Source of the DNA: a virus
Lineage: Duplodnaviria > Caudoviricetes
Reading direction: 5' to 3' (one strand)
Virus record (IMG/VR): IMGVR_UViG_3300007640_000104
Coordinates: 1-35,421 of that record
Length of the DNA stretch: 35,421 bases
In this document: positions 26,392 to 35,421 of the stretch, piece by piece
Numbering within the stretch: the first letter of the stretch is position 1
Layout: each line of letters starts with the position of its first letter
Made by a program: the position numbers and the translations under genes
The notes under the pieces: generated by a model
What the model saw: only the letters and a program-made list of their open reading frames with translations
Databases searched by the model: none
What the model was told of the DNA's origin: nothing

Positions 26392-26444
26392 AGCGACGAA
26401 GACTTTACAGCCGATTACATACATGTATAGTATGCAAAATAGAT

Positions 26445-27914
26445 ATGTCGCACGAATTACTTACAACTGAACAGTTGCGCGATAGAGTCGAAAAATTATA
26501 TATTGAACACATTAAACTGTGCCAAGATAATTTCTTGTATTTTGTTCAAACTGTTTGGCCAGATTTTATTTGTAGAAAAGAAAAGGACCCAAAGAAATGG
26601 GGCCACCATCAACATATTGCCGACGAACTTACTAAAATTTCAAAAGGTTTGAATAAGAGGCTCATTGTTAATATGCCCCCACGTCATACTAAATCTGAAT
26701 TTGCATCCTATTTATTTCCAGCTTGGTTCATAGGGAAGTTTCCTAAGAAAAAAATTATGCAGGTATCTCACAACGCAGAACTTGCAGGAAGGTTCGGAAG
26801 TAAGGTTCGTAACTTAATTGATAGCCCAGAGTATAAACAGATCTTCGGAGATGTTAAACTACGAGAAGATAGTAAGGCAAAAGGCCGATGGGAGACCAAT
26901 CATGGTGGGGAATATTTTGCAGCGGGTGTAGGCGGTTCTATCACAGGACGAGGGGCGGACTTACTTATTATCGACGATCCACATACCGAACAAGACTCAT
27001 TATCCGATTCAGCTATGGAGAGAGCGTATGACTGGTACAATTCAGGACCCAGACAACGTTTGCAACCAGGAGGAACCATTGTCGTTGTTATGACCCGTTG
27101 GGCTCAAGACGATATTACAGGAAGACTCATCAAAGCACAAAGTGAACCTAAAGCGGATAAATGGAAGTTAATAGAATTTCCTGCCATCTTACAATCAGGT
27201 AATCCTGTTTGGCCAGAGTATTGGTCACTCGAAGAACTAGAAGGTGTTAAGGCATCTATCTCACCTAGAAACTGGAATGCACAGTACATGCAGGACCCAG
27301 TGGCCGAGGAAGGCGCAATCTTAAAACGTGAATGGTGGCAGCCTTGGAAAGGACAGGTTCCAGATTTAAAACATATTATCCAAAGTTATGATACAGCATT
27401 TTCTAAAAAAGAAACTGCAGACTATTCTGCCATTACAACATGGGGGATATTTGAACCTAGTCCAGGGGAGAATGCTTTAATTTTATTAGACGCAGAAAAA
27501 GGTCGTTGGGATTTTCCAGAACTAAAAGCAGTCGCTATGGAAGCATATAAGTATTGGGAACCAGAGTCCATTATTGTAGAGGCAAAGGCCACTGGCCAAC
27601 CGCTCATTCAAGAGATGCGTAGAGCAGGTATTCCTGTAATGGATTTCGTACCTACCCGTGGTAAAGATAAACATTCTAGAGTAAATGCTTGTGCTCCTGT
27701 ATTTGAGTCAGGTAATGTTTACTATCCTCATGGAGAGCATTTTGCAGAGGAAGTTATTGAAGAATGCGCAGCATTTCCTTATGGTCAGTATGATGATTTT
27801 GTAGATAGTACAACACAAGCTGTGTTAAGATATCGTCAAGGTAATTTCGTATCAACTTATATGGATGAACCAGAACCAATGAAAATTGAAGGAGAATATA
27901 AATACTATGCCTGA
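26445..27914 (+). CDS. terL: Terminase large subunit
   Basis: NMPPRHTKS, LLIIDDPH, VVMTRW, SYDTAF, DYSA, IVEAKATG and DDFVDS. ATG at 26445. Confidence 0.97.
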   Translation: MSHELLTTEQLRDRVEKLYIEHIKLCQDNFLYFVQTVWPDFICRKEKDPKKWGHHQHIADELTKISKGLNKRLIVNMPPRHTKSEFASYLFPAWFIGKFPKKKIMQVSHNAELAGRFGSKVRNLIDSPEYKQIFGDVKLREDSKAKGRWETNHGGEYFAAGVGGSITGRGADLLIIDDPHTEQDSLSDSAMERAYDWYNSGPRQRLQPGGTIVVVMTRWAQDDITGRLIKAQSEPKADKWKLIEFPAILQSGNPVWPEYWSLEELEGVKASISPRNWNAQYMQDPVAEEGAILKREWWQPWKGQVPDLKHIIQSYDTAFSKKETADYSAITTWGIFEPSPGENALILLDAEKGRWDFPELKAVAMEAYKYWEPESIIVEAKATGQPLIQEMRRAGIPVMDFVPTRGKDKHSRVNACAPVFESGNVYYPHGEHFAEEVIEECAAFPYGQYDDFVDSTTQAVLRYRQGNFVSTYMDEPEPMKIEGEYKYYA

Positions 27915-28107
27915 TAAAAAGAAAAAGAAATCCGAAATGGAAGAAATGATTGAATCATTTGAAAACGACAGAACTAAAGGTCTTCCACAAGAAGCTTACG
28001 AACAAGAGGATCAAACGATTAGTTATGAAGCACCTAAAATGAACATGGGTGGAGAGTGTCGAGGATCCAAAGCTATTAAAGGAAAAAAATTTAGCGGAGT
28101 ATTCTAA
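27907..28107 (+). CDS. Small protein with MNMGG motif, putative virion-associated
   Basis: Ends KMNMGGECRGSKAIKGKKFSGVF. AAGGAG upstream. Confidence 0.6.
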   Translation: MPDKKKKKSEMEEMIESFENDRTKGLPQEAYEQEDQTISYEAPKMNMGGECRGSKAIKGKKFSGVF

Positions 28108-28481
28108 TGGTTGAAAAAAGTAAACCAAACATAAAAATTAAACCTATTGCTAACATAAGTTCTTATAAATCTACTCCCGCAAAAAATGTTAGTGTAAAAG
28201 GAAAAGCAGGTATGTATGGTTTACAAGGAGAAGCAGATTTAGGTAAAGGCTTTAGTATATCTGGCATGCTAGGAAAACAATTTGATAAAGGTAAAGTTAA
28301 TTTCCCTGGTGGTTCTGAAAGTTGGAATGCAAAAATTCCTGATGAATGGAATATACAAATTAAATATAGTAAAAAGTTCGGGGAAAAAGCAAAACCTGAT
28401 TTGTCTAAATTTGTAGATGATAAATCTACAGGCGGTTTAATTAAAGGATATCCTAAGTTAGCTAAGAAAGGTTGGAAGTAA
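28107..28481 (+). CDS. Basic beta-rich protein with C-terminal GG motif
   Basis: Amphipathic strands; ends KSTGGLIKGYPKLAKKGWK. Confidence 0.65.
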   Translation: MVEKSKPNIKIKPIANISSYKSTPAKNVSVKGKAGMYGLQGEADLGKGFSISGMLGKQFDKGKVNFPGGSESWNAKIPDEWNIQIKYSKKFGEKAKPDLSKFVDDKSTGGLIKGYPKLAKKGWK

Positions 28482-30808
28482 TGGCAGATCTAATCAACCC
28501 ACAAACTTTTATTGAGTCCATCAAGAAAGGTTCCGCAGCTCCTGTAGAACAACAAACAACTGTTGTTACTCCAGTAGAGGATTCGGATCCGTCGGCGGTT
28601 GGCGGGTTGATGGCGCTCGGTGCTACCGTGTTAGGAGCAACTGCTCTTGGAAGAAGAATACCTGGTGTACGAAATTATTTTAAAGTTTCCAAAGCACCTC
28701 CTAAAATAAATACTTACAGTATCAATAAACCTGTGGAAACAGGAAACCTACCAACGGCCACTGGACAAGCTTCAGAGTTAGTAACGACAGGAAGAGATTT
28801 AGTGGTATCGAAATCACGAATGGGAGAAGTACAAGACATTCCATTTTCTTATGGTGCAGGATACAAAGCAACCAATCCACTAGTAGGTTCCCCTGCCTTT
28901 GATCGAGTCATGGAAGCTCCTTTTGATAAAGCTCCAGCGAAACAATGGATTAAATGGTTAGATGATGCAAACCGAGGAGACCTACGAGTTACATCAGGAC
29001 CCTTAGCAGGAGTTTCGCGACAAGTTCAAAGAGAGGAACTGGCAGACCTGAATTTATATTTAAAAGGACCCGATGGTCAGCCTTCAGGCTTTTTGCAATA
29101 CGCTTTAGATAACAATCTAGAAATAGATCGAGATATGTTATTAACCACCATTAAAAACAGTCCGATTAATAAAATTAAAAAAGTAGTATTAGATATTCCA
29201 GGGGCTCCTGAATCCGATATTACTAAACTTCAAACAAGTTTTAGAAATATTATTGAAAAGATACCTGATGAAGGAAAAAGAAGTGCAGCAAAAATTTCTT
29301 ACCAACAATCTATCGATAATATCTTTGATGAGAATTTTTCAAATTATCAGTTTGGAGGAGCACCTTTTTCTCCTCAAGATATTAATACACTACAACAAAA
29401 AGTAATAGATTTATCAAGAAAGGTTCCAGAAGTTTCTAGCGACGCAAGAGAATTTTTACGAAACTTTAATGCAACGGTTGGAGAATATAATTTAAGGGCA
29501 ACTTCATTGTATCCACCTAACATCTTTAAATCAGGGAATATTACTTGGAATCCAAAAGGGGGAAGAAGTAAACCAGATTATTATCCAAGATATAAAGGAT
29601 ATGGAGAAGGTCAATATAATCTTCTTGGAGGAGAAAATTTTACAGAAAATGTTTATGTATTAGATTCTAAAATTCCTAACACAACCAAAGATGCTTTTAA
29701 ATACGTAGAAGGTTCTCCACATTATTTTGATAATAAAGAATTAGTGTTTGCACGATTTGATGATTTACCTAATCCTAAATTAGGAGGAGTAAGACATATT
29801 AGATTATCAGAAGTTCAATCGGATTTACACTCAAGTGGTAAAGCAAGTAGCCAAGATACAAGAGAAAAATTTTTTAGGAACCGAGTTAATACGTTTAATG
29901 CAGATGCTCAGATTCAAGATATGAAAATGAAACGTCAAAAAATTTTAGATCAACTCACTCCGTATACAGAAATTGGACGAGGTGCATTAACACGAAATCA
30001 AGAACAAGCTAAGAGTCGATTGATGTATCAATTACAACAACTGGATAAAAATGCCTTAAGCACATTATCTAAAAGAGGAACTATTGAGGATACCACTTAT
30101 GGTCCTTTAGGTGTAAACATGAATGATTATGTGATTAAAGATTTATTAAGAACGATGGCGGAGAAAAATATTAATGCCATCTCTGTAGTTCCTGCACCTA
30201 TAAATCAAAACATAAAAGGTTTGTTCAGTTCTGGAAAAATTGGAAATGAAATTAATTATGGATTGATGGATGGTACAAGATTAACTAGAGTAGATGCTAA
30301 AGGAGCTCAACTTGGAAGAGGCCAAGAGGGATCCATCATAAAATCTTCTAAACTTTCTGATTTAAATGAATCTTTAAAAAGAATTGCAAAACAGTATGGA
30401 GCAAAGTATGAAATTATGCCTATGCCAAAATCTAATCCAAATAAAAGATTTAAATTAATTGAAGAAATAGAAGTGGCTACGGAACAACCAGATAATACAG
30501 CTATTCAATTAGGAAGAAAACATTTTAATACAAAAAAAGGGAAAAAATATATTTATGAAAATCATCTTGCAGCTGCGGATGACTTAGAAACTATTAATAT
30601 GATTAAAGCTCAAACAGAGTCTAGAAATAGCATGAGAGGAAAGCTACAAGTAATTGAACTTAGTCCTGATAGTCCTAAAAATTATGAAATGGTTCCAACT
30701 TTAGTTGCTCCCAATGAAGTATTAAAGAAGTTTTTATTGCCTTTTAAAGCTTATATGTATGAGGGTGGTTTTGTAGATAAAACCAACATATTCAAACCAA
30801 TATTGTAG
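28481..30808 (+). CDS. Large putative internal virion protein (polyvalent-protein-like)
   Basis: N-terminal hydrophobic helix, W..WL..V..EEL, FARF...LSEVQSD.H, terminal MYEGGFV. Confidence 0.6.
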   Translation: MADLINPQTFIESIKKGSAAPVEQQTTVVTPVEDSDPSAVGGLMALGATVLGATALGRRIPGVRNYFKVSKAPPKINTYSINKPVETGNLPTATGQASELVTTGRDLVVSKSRMGEVQDIPFSYGAGYKATNPLVGSPAFDRVMEAPFDKAPAKQWIKWLDDANRGDLRVTSGPLAGVSRQVQREELADLNLYLKGPDGQPSGFLQYALDNNLEIDRDMLLTTIKNSPINKIKKVVLDIPGAPESDITKLQTSFRNIIEKIPDEGKRSAAKISYQQSIDNIFDENFSNYQFGGAPFSPQDINTLQQKVIDLSRKVPEVSSDAREFLRNFNATVGEYNLRATSLYPPNIFKSGNITWNPKGGRSKPDYYPRYKGYGEGQYNLLGGENFTENVYVLDSKIPNTTKDAFKYVEGSPHYFDNKELVFARFDDLPNPKLGGVRHIRLSEVQSDLHSSGKASSQDTREKFFRNRVNTFNADAQIQDMKMKRQKILDQLTPYTEIGRGALTRNQEQAKSRLMYQLQQLDKNALSTLSKRGTIEDTTYGPLGVNMNDYVIKDLLRTMAEKNINAISVVPAPINQNIKGLFSSGKIGNEINYGLMDGTRLTRVDAKGAQLGRGQEGSIIKSSKLSDLNESLKRIAKQYGAKYEIMPMPKSNPNKRFKLIEEIEVATEQPDNTAIQLGRKHFNTKKGKKYIYENHLAAADDLETINMIKAQTESRNSMRGKLQVIELSPDSPKNYEMVPTLVAPNEVLKKFLLPFKAYMYEGGFVDKTNIFKPIL

Positions 30809-30863
30809 ATTTATTAATCATAATAGTTTACACTATTTCCATATACGTATATAGGAGGAAATC

Positions 30864-31310
30864 ATGTCTAAGAAAAAACTAGGAAAAGCAATTGCAGCAG
30901 GTCTTGCAGCTTATGGCGCAAGTAAAATGCTCGGTGCTTCTAATAAAGCTAAACTAGCAGCAGCACAAACTGATACAGCAGATTTTGGATCTCAAATGGA
31001 GAACGACACTGTGTTAGCTCAAGGTACAAGAAAAAACTATGAAGCTGGAATTGCAACACAGAAAGCAAAAGAAGCTAATAGTCTTTTAGGTAGAACTAAG
31101 AAGTTTTTAAAAGAAGAAGTTTTTACAACGAATCCAAAAACAAAACTTAGAGACGTTTTACCAAGTTTTAAAGGTTCATCTTCAAGTGAAATGTATGGTC
31201 TAGAACCAGTAGGAGGAGCCAAAAAAGGTGGAATGATGAAAGCGGCTAAAGGAACTTACGTCACAGCTAAATGTAAGATGGGCAGAAATAAAAAAACTAG
31301 AATTGTATAA
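30864..31310 (+). CDS. Basic Ala/Lys-rich protein with AKKGG motif
   Basis: AGGAGG RBS; ends AKKGGMMKAAKG..AKCKMGRNKKTRIV. Confidence 0.7.
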   Translation: MSKKKLGKAIAAGLAAYGASKMLGASNKAKLAAAQTDTADFGSQMENDTVLAQGTRKNYEAGIATQKAKEANSLLGRTKKFLKEEVFTTNPKTKLRDVLPSFKGSSSSEMYGLEPVGGAKKGGMMKAAKGTYVTAKCKMGRNKKTRIV

Positions 31311-33643
31311 TGGCAATTGAAAAAGATAATCCGATCAACGATGAAGTTGATGTGGAGGAAGAAGTAACTGTTAACTTTGATGAAGAAGGTGCAGACGAAG
31401 CACCTGAACAGGATTTTTATGGCAATCTTGCAGAAGAGATTGATGAAAGAGCCCTGCAACAGTTATCTTCTGACTTAATCAACGAATATCAAAAAGACAG
31501 AGAATCTAGAAAAGATTGGGAAGATGGCTACGTTAAAGGTTTAGATCTTTTAGGATTTAAATACGTAGAACAAAACAGACCTTTCAGAGGAGCAGCAGGT
31601 GTTACTCACCCAATGCTTGCAGAAGCTGTAACACAATTTCAAGCACAAGCTTACAAAGAATTATTACCCAGTGATGGTCCTGTACGAACTCAAATCATGG
31701 GTGCAAAAAATCAAGCCGTAGAATTACAAGCACAACGAGTTAAAGATTTTATGAATTTTATGATCATGGATCGTATGGAAGAATATACTCCAGAGTTTGA
31801 TCAAATGTTATTTTATTTACCACTTGCAGGATCTACATTTAAAAAAGTTTATTATGATGCAATGTTAGAAAGAGCAGTTTCTAAATTTGTTCCTGCGGAA
31901 GATTTAGTGGTTCCTTACTATGCAACGGATTTAAAAGAAGCATCAAGAATTACTCACGTATTAAAACAATCAGAAAATGATTTATTAAAAAAGATGGCCT
32001 CAGGATTCTACAGAGAAGTAGATTTAATGAAGCCAGCAGAAAAAGATAATAAGATTCAAGACAAATATAACGAGATTGATGGAGTTAAAAAAGTAGAATC
32101 TACCGACATGCTTTATAATGTTTTAGAAATGCATGTTGATTTAGATTTATCGGACTACATAGCAGAGAACGAAGAAGATAGTTTAGGAATTAAAATACCA
32201 TACATTGTAACTATTGAAGAATCTTCCAGAGAAGTTTTAGCTATTAGAAGAAATTACAAAGAAGGTGATCCTAAATTTGTTAAACAAGATTATTTTGTAC
32301 ACTTTAAATTTTTACCAGGATTAGGTTTTTATGGATTTGGTTTAATTCACATGATCGGTGGCCTGTCACGAACAGCAACGGCTGCGTTAAGACAGCTACT
32401 CGATGCAGGTACATTATCCAATTTACCTGCTGGATTTAAGTCTAGAGGGATGAGAGTTAGAGATGATGATCAACCCATTCAACCTGGAGAGTTTAGAGAC
32501 GTCGATGCACCTGGTGGAAACATCAGAGATCAGTTTCAATTGCTTCCATTTAAGGAACCAAGTGCAACTTTATTTAATCTTTTAGGATTTTGTGTTTCTG
32601 CAGGACAAAGATTTGCAGCAATTGCTGATCAACAAGTCGGTGAAGGCAATCAAATGGCAGCTGTAGGCACTACGGTTGCTCTTTTAGAGCGTGGAAGTCG
32701 TGTGATGAGTGCAATTCACAAGCGTTGTTACTATGCAATGCGTCAAGAATTTAAACTTTTAGCAAAAGTTATTGCTGATTACCTGCCACCTGAGTATCCA
32801 TACGCAGTTTATGGCGCAGATCAGATGATAAAACAGATGGATTTTGACGATCGAGTCGATGTTTTACCTGTTGCAGACCCAAATATCTTCTCAATGGCAC
32901 AAAGAGTGACTCTTGCACAGACACAATTGCAAATTGCACAGTCAAATCCTCAAATTCACAACATACATGAGGCTTATCGACGTGTTTATGAGTCATTAGG
33001 GACTAAACAAATACCAGATTTACTAAAACCAGAGCCAGTTCCGACTCCAAAAGACCCTGCAATTGAAAATGCAGAGGCTTTACAGATGCAAATTCCTCAA
33101 GCTTACCCAGATCAAGACCATGATGCGCATATTGCAGCGCATTCTGCGTTTATTAGAACAAGAATGGTACAAATTAACCCTCCAGTGTATGCTTTGTTAC
33201 AAGGACATATCTCTCAACACGTGTCTTTTAAAGCACAAATGGAAGTTCAGCAGATGATGCAACAAAACCCTGAAATGCAGCAGATGATGCAACAAAATCC
33301 TCAAGCAGTTCAACAATTATTTAATTCAGAAGTAGCTAAAAGAGTTGCACAAATCACTTCTGAGCTTGCGCAAGCTGAAATGATGGGTGATCAACAACAA
33401 AAACAAGATCCTTTGATTATGTTAAAGCAAAGAGAGCTTGATTTAAGAGCTATGGATATGCAAAGAAAAGCTCAAGAGGCTGCAGAGAAGATGGAGTTGA
33501 ATTCTGATCAATTTGATGAGAAACTAGACTTTGAGAGATTAAAATTAGAAACTCAAGACGATCAATCGGATGAAAGATTGAAAGTTGCGAGAGAAAAAAT
33601 GGAGAAACAAAATGTCGGGAAAAAAACTGGGCCTAGAGGGTAA
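31310..33643 (+). CDS. Portal protein
   Basis: SRKDWE...GLDLLG, HPMLAEAVTQFQAQA, GSTFKKVY, GFYGFGLIH..GG and a Gln-rich coiled-coil C-terminus. Downstream of terL. Confidence 0.9.
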   Translation: MAIEKDNPINDEVDVEEEVTVNFDEEGADEAPEQDFYGNLAEEIDERALQQLSSDLINEYQKDRESRKDWEDGYVKGLDLLGFKYVEQNRPFRGAAGVTHPMLAEAVTQFQAQAYKELLPSDGPVRTQIMGAKNQAVELQAQRVKDFMNFMIMDRMEEYTPEFDQMLFYLPLAGSTFKKVYYDAMLERAVSKFVPAEDLVVPYYATDLKEASRITHVLKQSENDLLKKMASGFYREVDLMKPAEKDNKIQDKYNEIDGVKKVESTDMLYNVLEMHVDLDLSDYIAENEEDSLGIKIPYIVTIEESSREVLAIRRNYKEGDPKFVKQDYFVHFKFLPGLGFYGFGLIHMIGGLSRTATAALRQLLDAGTLSNLPAGFKSRGMRVRDDDQPIQPGEFRDVDAPGGNIRDQFQLLPFKEPSATLFNLLGFCVSAGQRFAAIADQQVGEGNQMAAVGTTVALLERGSRVMSAIHKRCYYAMRQEFKLLAKVIADYLPPEYPYAVYGADQMIKQMDFDDRVDVLPVADPNIFSMAQRVTLAQTQLQIAQSNPQIHNIHEAYRRVYESLGTKQIPDLLKPEPVPTPKDPAIENAEALQMQIPQAYPDQDHDAHIAAHSAFIRTRMVQINPPVYALLQGHISQHVSFKAQMEVQQMMQQNPEMQQMMQQNPQAVQQLFNSEVAKRVAQITSELAQAEMMGDQQQKQDPLIMLKQRELDLRAMDMQRKAQEAAEKMELNSDQFDEKLDFERLKLETQDDQSDERLKVAREKMEKQNVGKKTGPRG

Positions 33644-34373
33644 GTATAAAAATTTTTACAAATCAATTGGAACTCTTCCAGCAGCGTCTGGAAATAAAAA
33701 TACACTTTCAATCAATCCTATGCAAGATGATTTTAATAAAAGCATGGGTATGGGAACTACAGGTGCTTTTTTAACGAGAAGAGCTATATTAGGAGCAGGA
33801 TCAAAAAACGCTTCCTCTCTTTTAGAAAAAGCAGGAAAATCTTCTGTAAAAGAAACATTTAAAAAAGCTAATATTATGGGTGCCACAGGTTATGCTGGAT
33901 ATGAAATAGGAAAAAATGATGGTTTAAATAAATTAGCAAAAACAACAAAAGAATTTATTGAAAAATCAAAAACCATGGGAAAAAAATATGGCGGTAAAGT
34001 TATGAAAAAAATGTTAATCGGTGGTCAAGCTAAAATTGATGCTAACAAAGATGGAAAAATTACTGGAGAAGATTTTAAAATGTTACAAGCAAAGAAAAAA
34101 GGAATGAAAGTAAAAAAAGCCAACCTTGGATTACTAATGGCTAATAAAAAAATTGCTGGAGCAGGGTTACTTGGTCTAGGTATGTTAGCTAAGAAAAAAG
34201 GAATGTTTAGTAAAGGTGGAGAAAGTAAAATTAAAAAAGTAATGGGTGAGTATAAAAAAGGCGAACTCAATATTGGTAAGTCTAAGAAAAAAGTTAAAAA
34301 TAGAAAACAAGCAATTGCTATTGCGCTTTCTGAAGCGAGAAAGAAGCAAAAAAGTGGCAAACGAAAAGCATAA
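33612..34373 (+). CDS. Lys-rich protein with EF-hand-like loop and DUF6496-like C-terminus
   Basis: DANKDGKITGEDF; KIKKVMGEYKKGEL..G...VKNRKQAIAIALSEA; repeated GG motifs. Confidence 0.7.
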   Translation: MSGKKLGLEGKYKNFYKSIGTLPAASGNKNTLSINPMQDDFNKSMGMGTTGAFLTRRAILGAGSKNASSLLEKAGKSSVKETFKKANIMGATGYAGYEIGKNDGLNKLAKTTKEFIEKSKTMGKKYGGKVMKKMLIGGQAKIDANKDGKITGEDFKMLQAKKKGMKVKKANLGLLMANKKIAGAGLLGLGMLAKKKGMFSKGGESKIKKVMGEYKKGELNIGKSKKKVKNRKQAIAIALSEARKKQKSGKRKA

Positions 34374-34707
34374 AATTTCTGGCAAAAGATCAGGGCCTCC
34401 TCCCCTAAGAGGCCCTAACCCTCAAGGAATAGATCCAACTCAAAAAGCATTTATAGATAAATCTTATACAGAAAAAGAAGTTCTTACACTGCATGATTTT
34501 AAAACAAATCGACAGCTTTCAGGAGAAAAAGATATTCAAATTTACAGAACACCTGAAATTATGTTAAAGAATAAAAGTAAAAAAACTATACGAACACAAG
34601 ATTTAAATAAAGGTGGATGTCCTTATAGAGACAGTTCATTAAAAAATATGTATCCTGGTAATAATGGAATTCAAATTAAAGGATTTAAATTTACAGGAGT
34701 TAAATAA
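34354..34707 (+). CDS. Basic protein with LNKGG motif
   Basis: GTG start; GKRSGPPPLRGPNPQG; ends IQIKGFKFTGVK. Confidence 0.6.
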   Translation: MANEKHKISGKRSGPPPLRGPNPQGIDPTQKAFIDKSYTEKEVLTLHDFKTNRQLSGEKDIQIYRTPEIMLKNKSKKTIRTQDLNKGGCPYRDSSLKNMYPGNNGIQIKGFKFTGVK

Positions 34708-35096
34708 TGTTTCCGTGGGGTTTATTAGGACAAGGACTTAAAGCAGGTCTAGATATTTACAAAAATAAGAAAAAATCAGAAGTAGCTATGTCTGAAGCTG
34801 CATTATTACATGCAGAAAAGATGAAGCGTGGAGAAATTGAATACACGGGTAAAGTTTTTGAAAATCAGAAAAACGATTGGAAGGACGAATTCGTACTTTT
34901 GACAATTTCATCACCTCTGTTTTTATTAGCGTATTCTGTATTTGCAGAAGACGAAAAGATGCAACAAAAAATCGATCTTTATTTTCAAAAATTACAAGAA
35001 ATGCCTTGGTGGATTGTTGGCCTTTGGGTTTCAGTTGTGGCTGCCATATATGGACTTAAAGCAACTGACGTAATAAACATGAATAAACAAAAATGA
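34707..35096 (+). CDS. Putative holin (3TM-holin-like)
   Basis: N-terminal amphipathic helix, WKDEF, two TM segments, P.W......AIYGLK. Confidence 0.7.
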   Translation: MFPWGLLGQGLKAGLDIYKNKKKSEVAMSEAALLHAEKMKRGEIEYTGKVFENQKNDWKDEFVLLTISSPLFLLAYSVFAEDEKMQQKIDLYFQKLQEMPWWIVGLWVSVVAAIYGLKATDVINMNKQK

Positions 35097-35203
35097 GACT
35101 TTTCTGGACAATAGCTGATAAATTTGCTACGTGGTTATCTAACAAATGTTGGCAAAAATTATATAGACGTAGGAAATATTGTACATGCAAGAAGAAATCG
35201 TAG
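35093..35203 (+). CDS. 36-aa basic amphipathic peptide, not in ORF track
   Basis: ATGA overlap; MRLFWTIADKFATWLSNKCWQKLYRRRKYCTCKKKS*. Confidence 0.5.
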   Translation: MRLFWTIADKFATWLSNKCWQKLYRRRKYCTCKKKS

Positions 35204-35415
35204 AAGGTTATTCTACCGTAAAAAAAGTAGCTAATAAAAGAATTGAAACGCTCAAAGACACTCTAGTGTACTCCGTTGACAATGTGGAGCAACTTCACTA
35301 TATTAGAGGACAAATCAAATCCCTAGAGGATTTGCTTCAGGATCTTAAAGACCTGCAGCTTAAACAGGAGCGATTAAATGACGGAGAGCTTAGAGGCTTC
35401 GAAAGAAGTACCTAA
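35185..35415 (+). CDS. Conserved coiled-coil hypothetical protein
   Basis: V...EQL.YIRGQI.SLE pattern. Confidence 0.65.
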   Translation: MQEEIVEGYSTVKKVANKRIETLKDTLVYSVDNVEQLHYIRGQIKSLEDLLQDLKDLQLKQERLNDGELRGFERST

Positions 35416-35421
35416 AAAAAC
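35378..35421 (+). CDS. Start of a 3'-truncated gene (MTESLEASKEVPKK...)
   Basis: AGGAG RBS at 35366. Too short to assign a function. Confidence 0.4.
   Translation, partial: MTESLEASKEVPKK

Noticed and set aside
26373-26444. TTG-started N-terminal extension of TerL
   Set aside because: Overlaps a likely promoter (TTTACA-N16-TATAGT). ATG 26445 is more plausible.
33248-33300. 30-nt-period tandem duplication in the portal gene
   Set aside because: Encodes QQMMQQNP twice in a low-complexity tail, which is ordinary.
34392-34416. AGGGCCTC/GAGGCCCT hairpin
   Set aside because: Lies within coding sequence and is explained by Gly-Pro codons (GPPPLRGP).

Overview
About 35 kb of an AT-rich, podovirus-like dsDNA phage genome. 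Gene content resembles marine SAR11/Pelagibacter (HTVC023P-like/uvMED) phages, which is an inference and was not searched. From left to right: two large probable internal-virion/ejection proteins, a small XhlA-like membrane protein and a PD-(D/E)XK exonuclease. A minus-strand block follows with a Zn mini-protein, an acidic mini-protein, Hsp20 and an SNF2 helicase. The replication operon holds an SSB-like protein, AEP primase, UvrD helicase, DUF3310, a 2OG-Fe(II) oxygenase, an FkbM methyltransferase, a Leu762-type PolA and a sulfotransferase. Next come many small genes, TerS and a VRR-NUC/resolvase. A GC-shifted, non-coding, quasi-periodic CCCGTTTCCCGTT array then opens a 2-kb zone with strand-biased CTCG motifs, stacked hairpins and promoters sharing a palindromic operator. 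The right end carries TerL, several proteins sharing an xxxGG motif, the portal and a holin. No tRNA, rRNA, integrase or canonical CRISPR array was recognised. The least explained structure is the 23.15-26.4 kb segment between TerS/resolvase and TerL.
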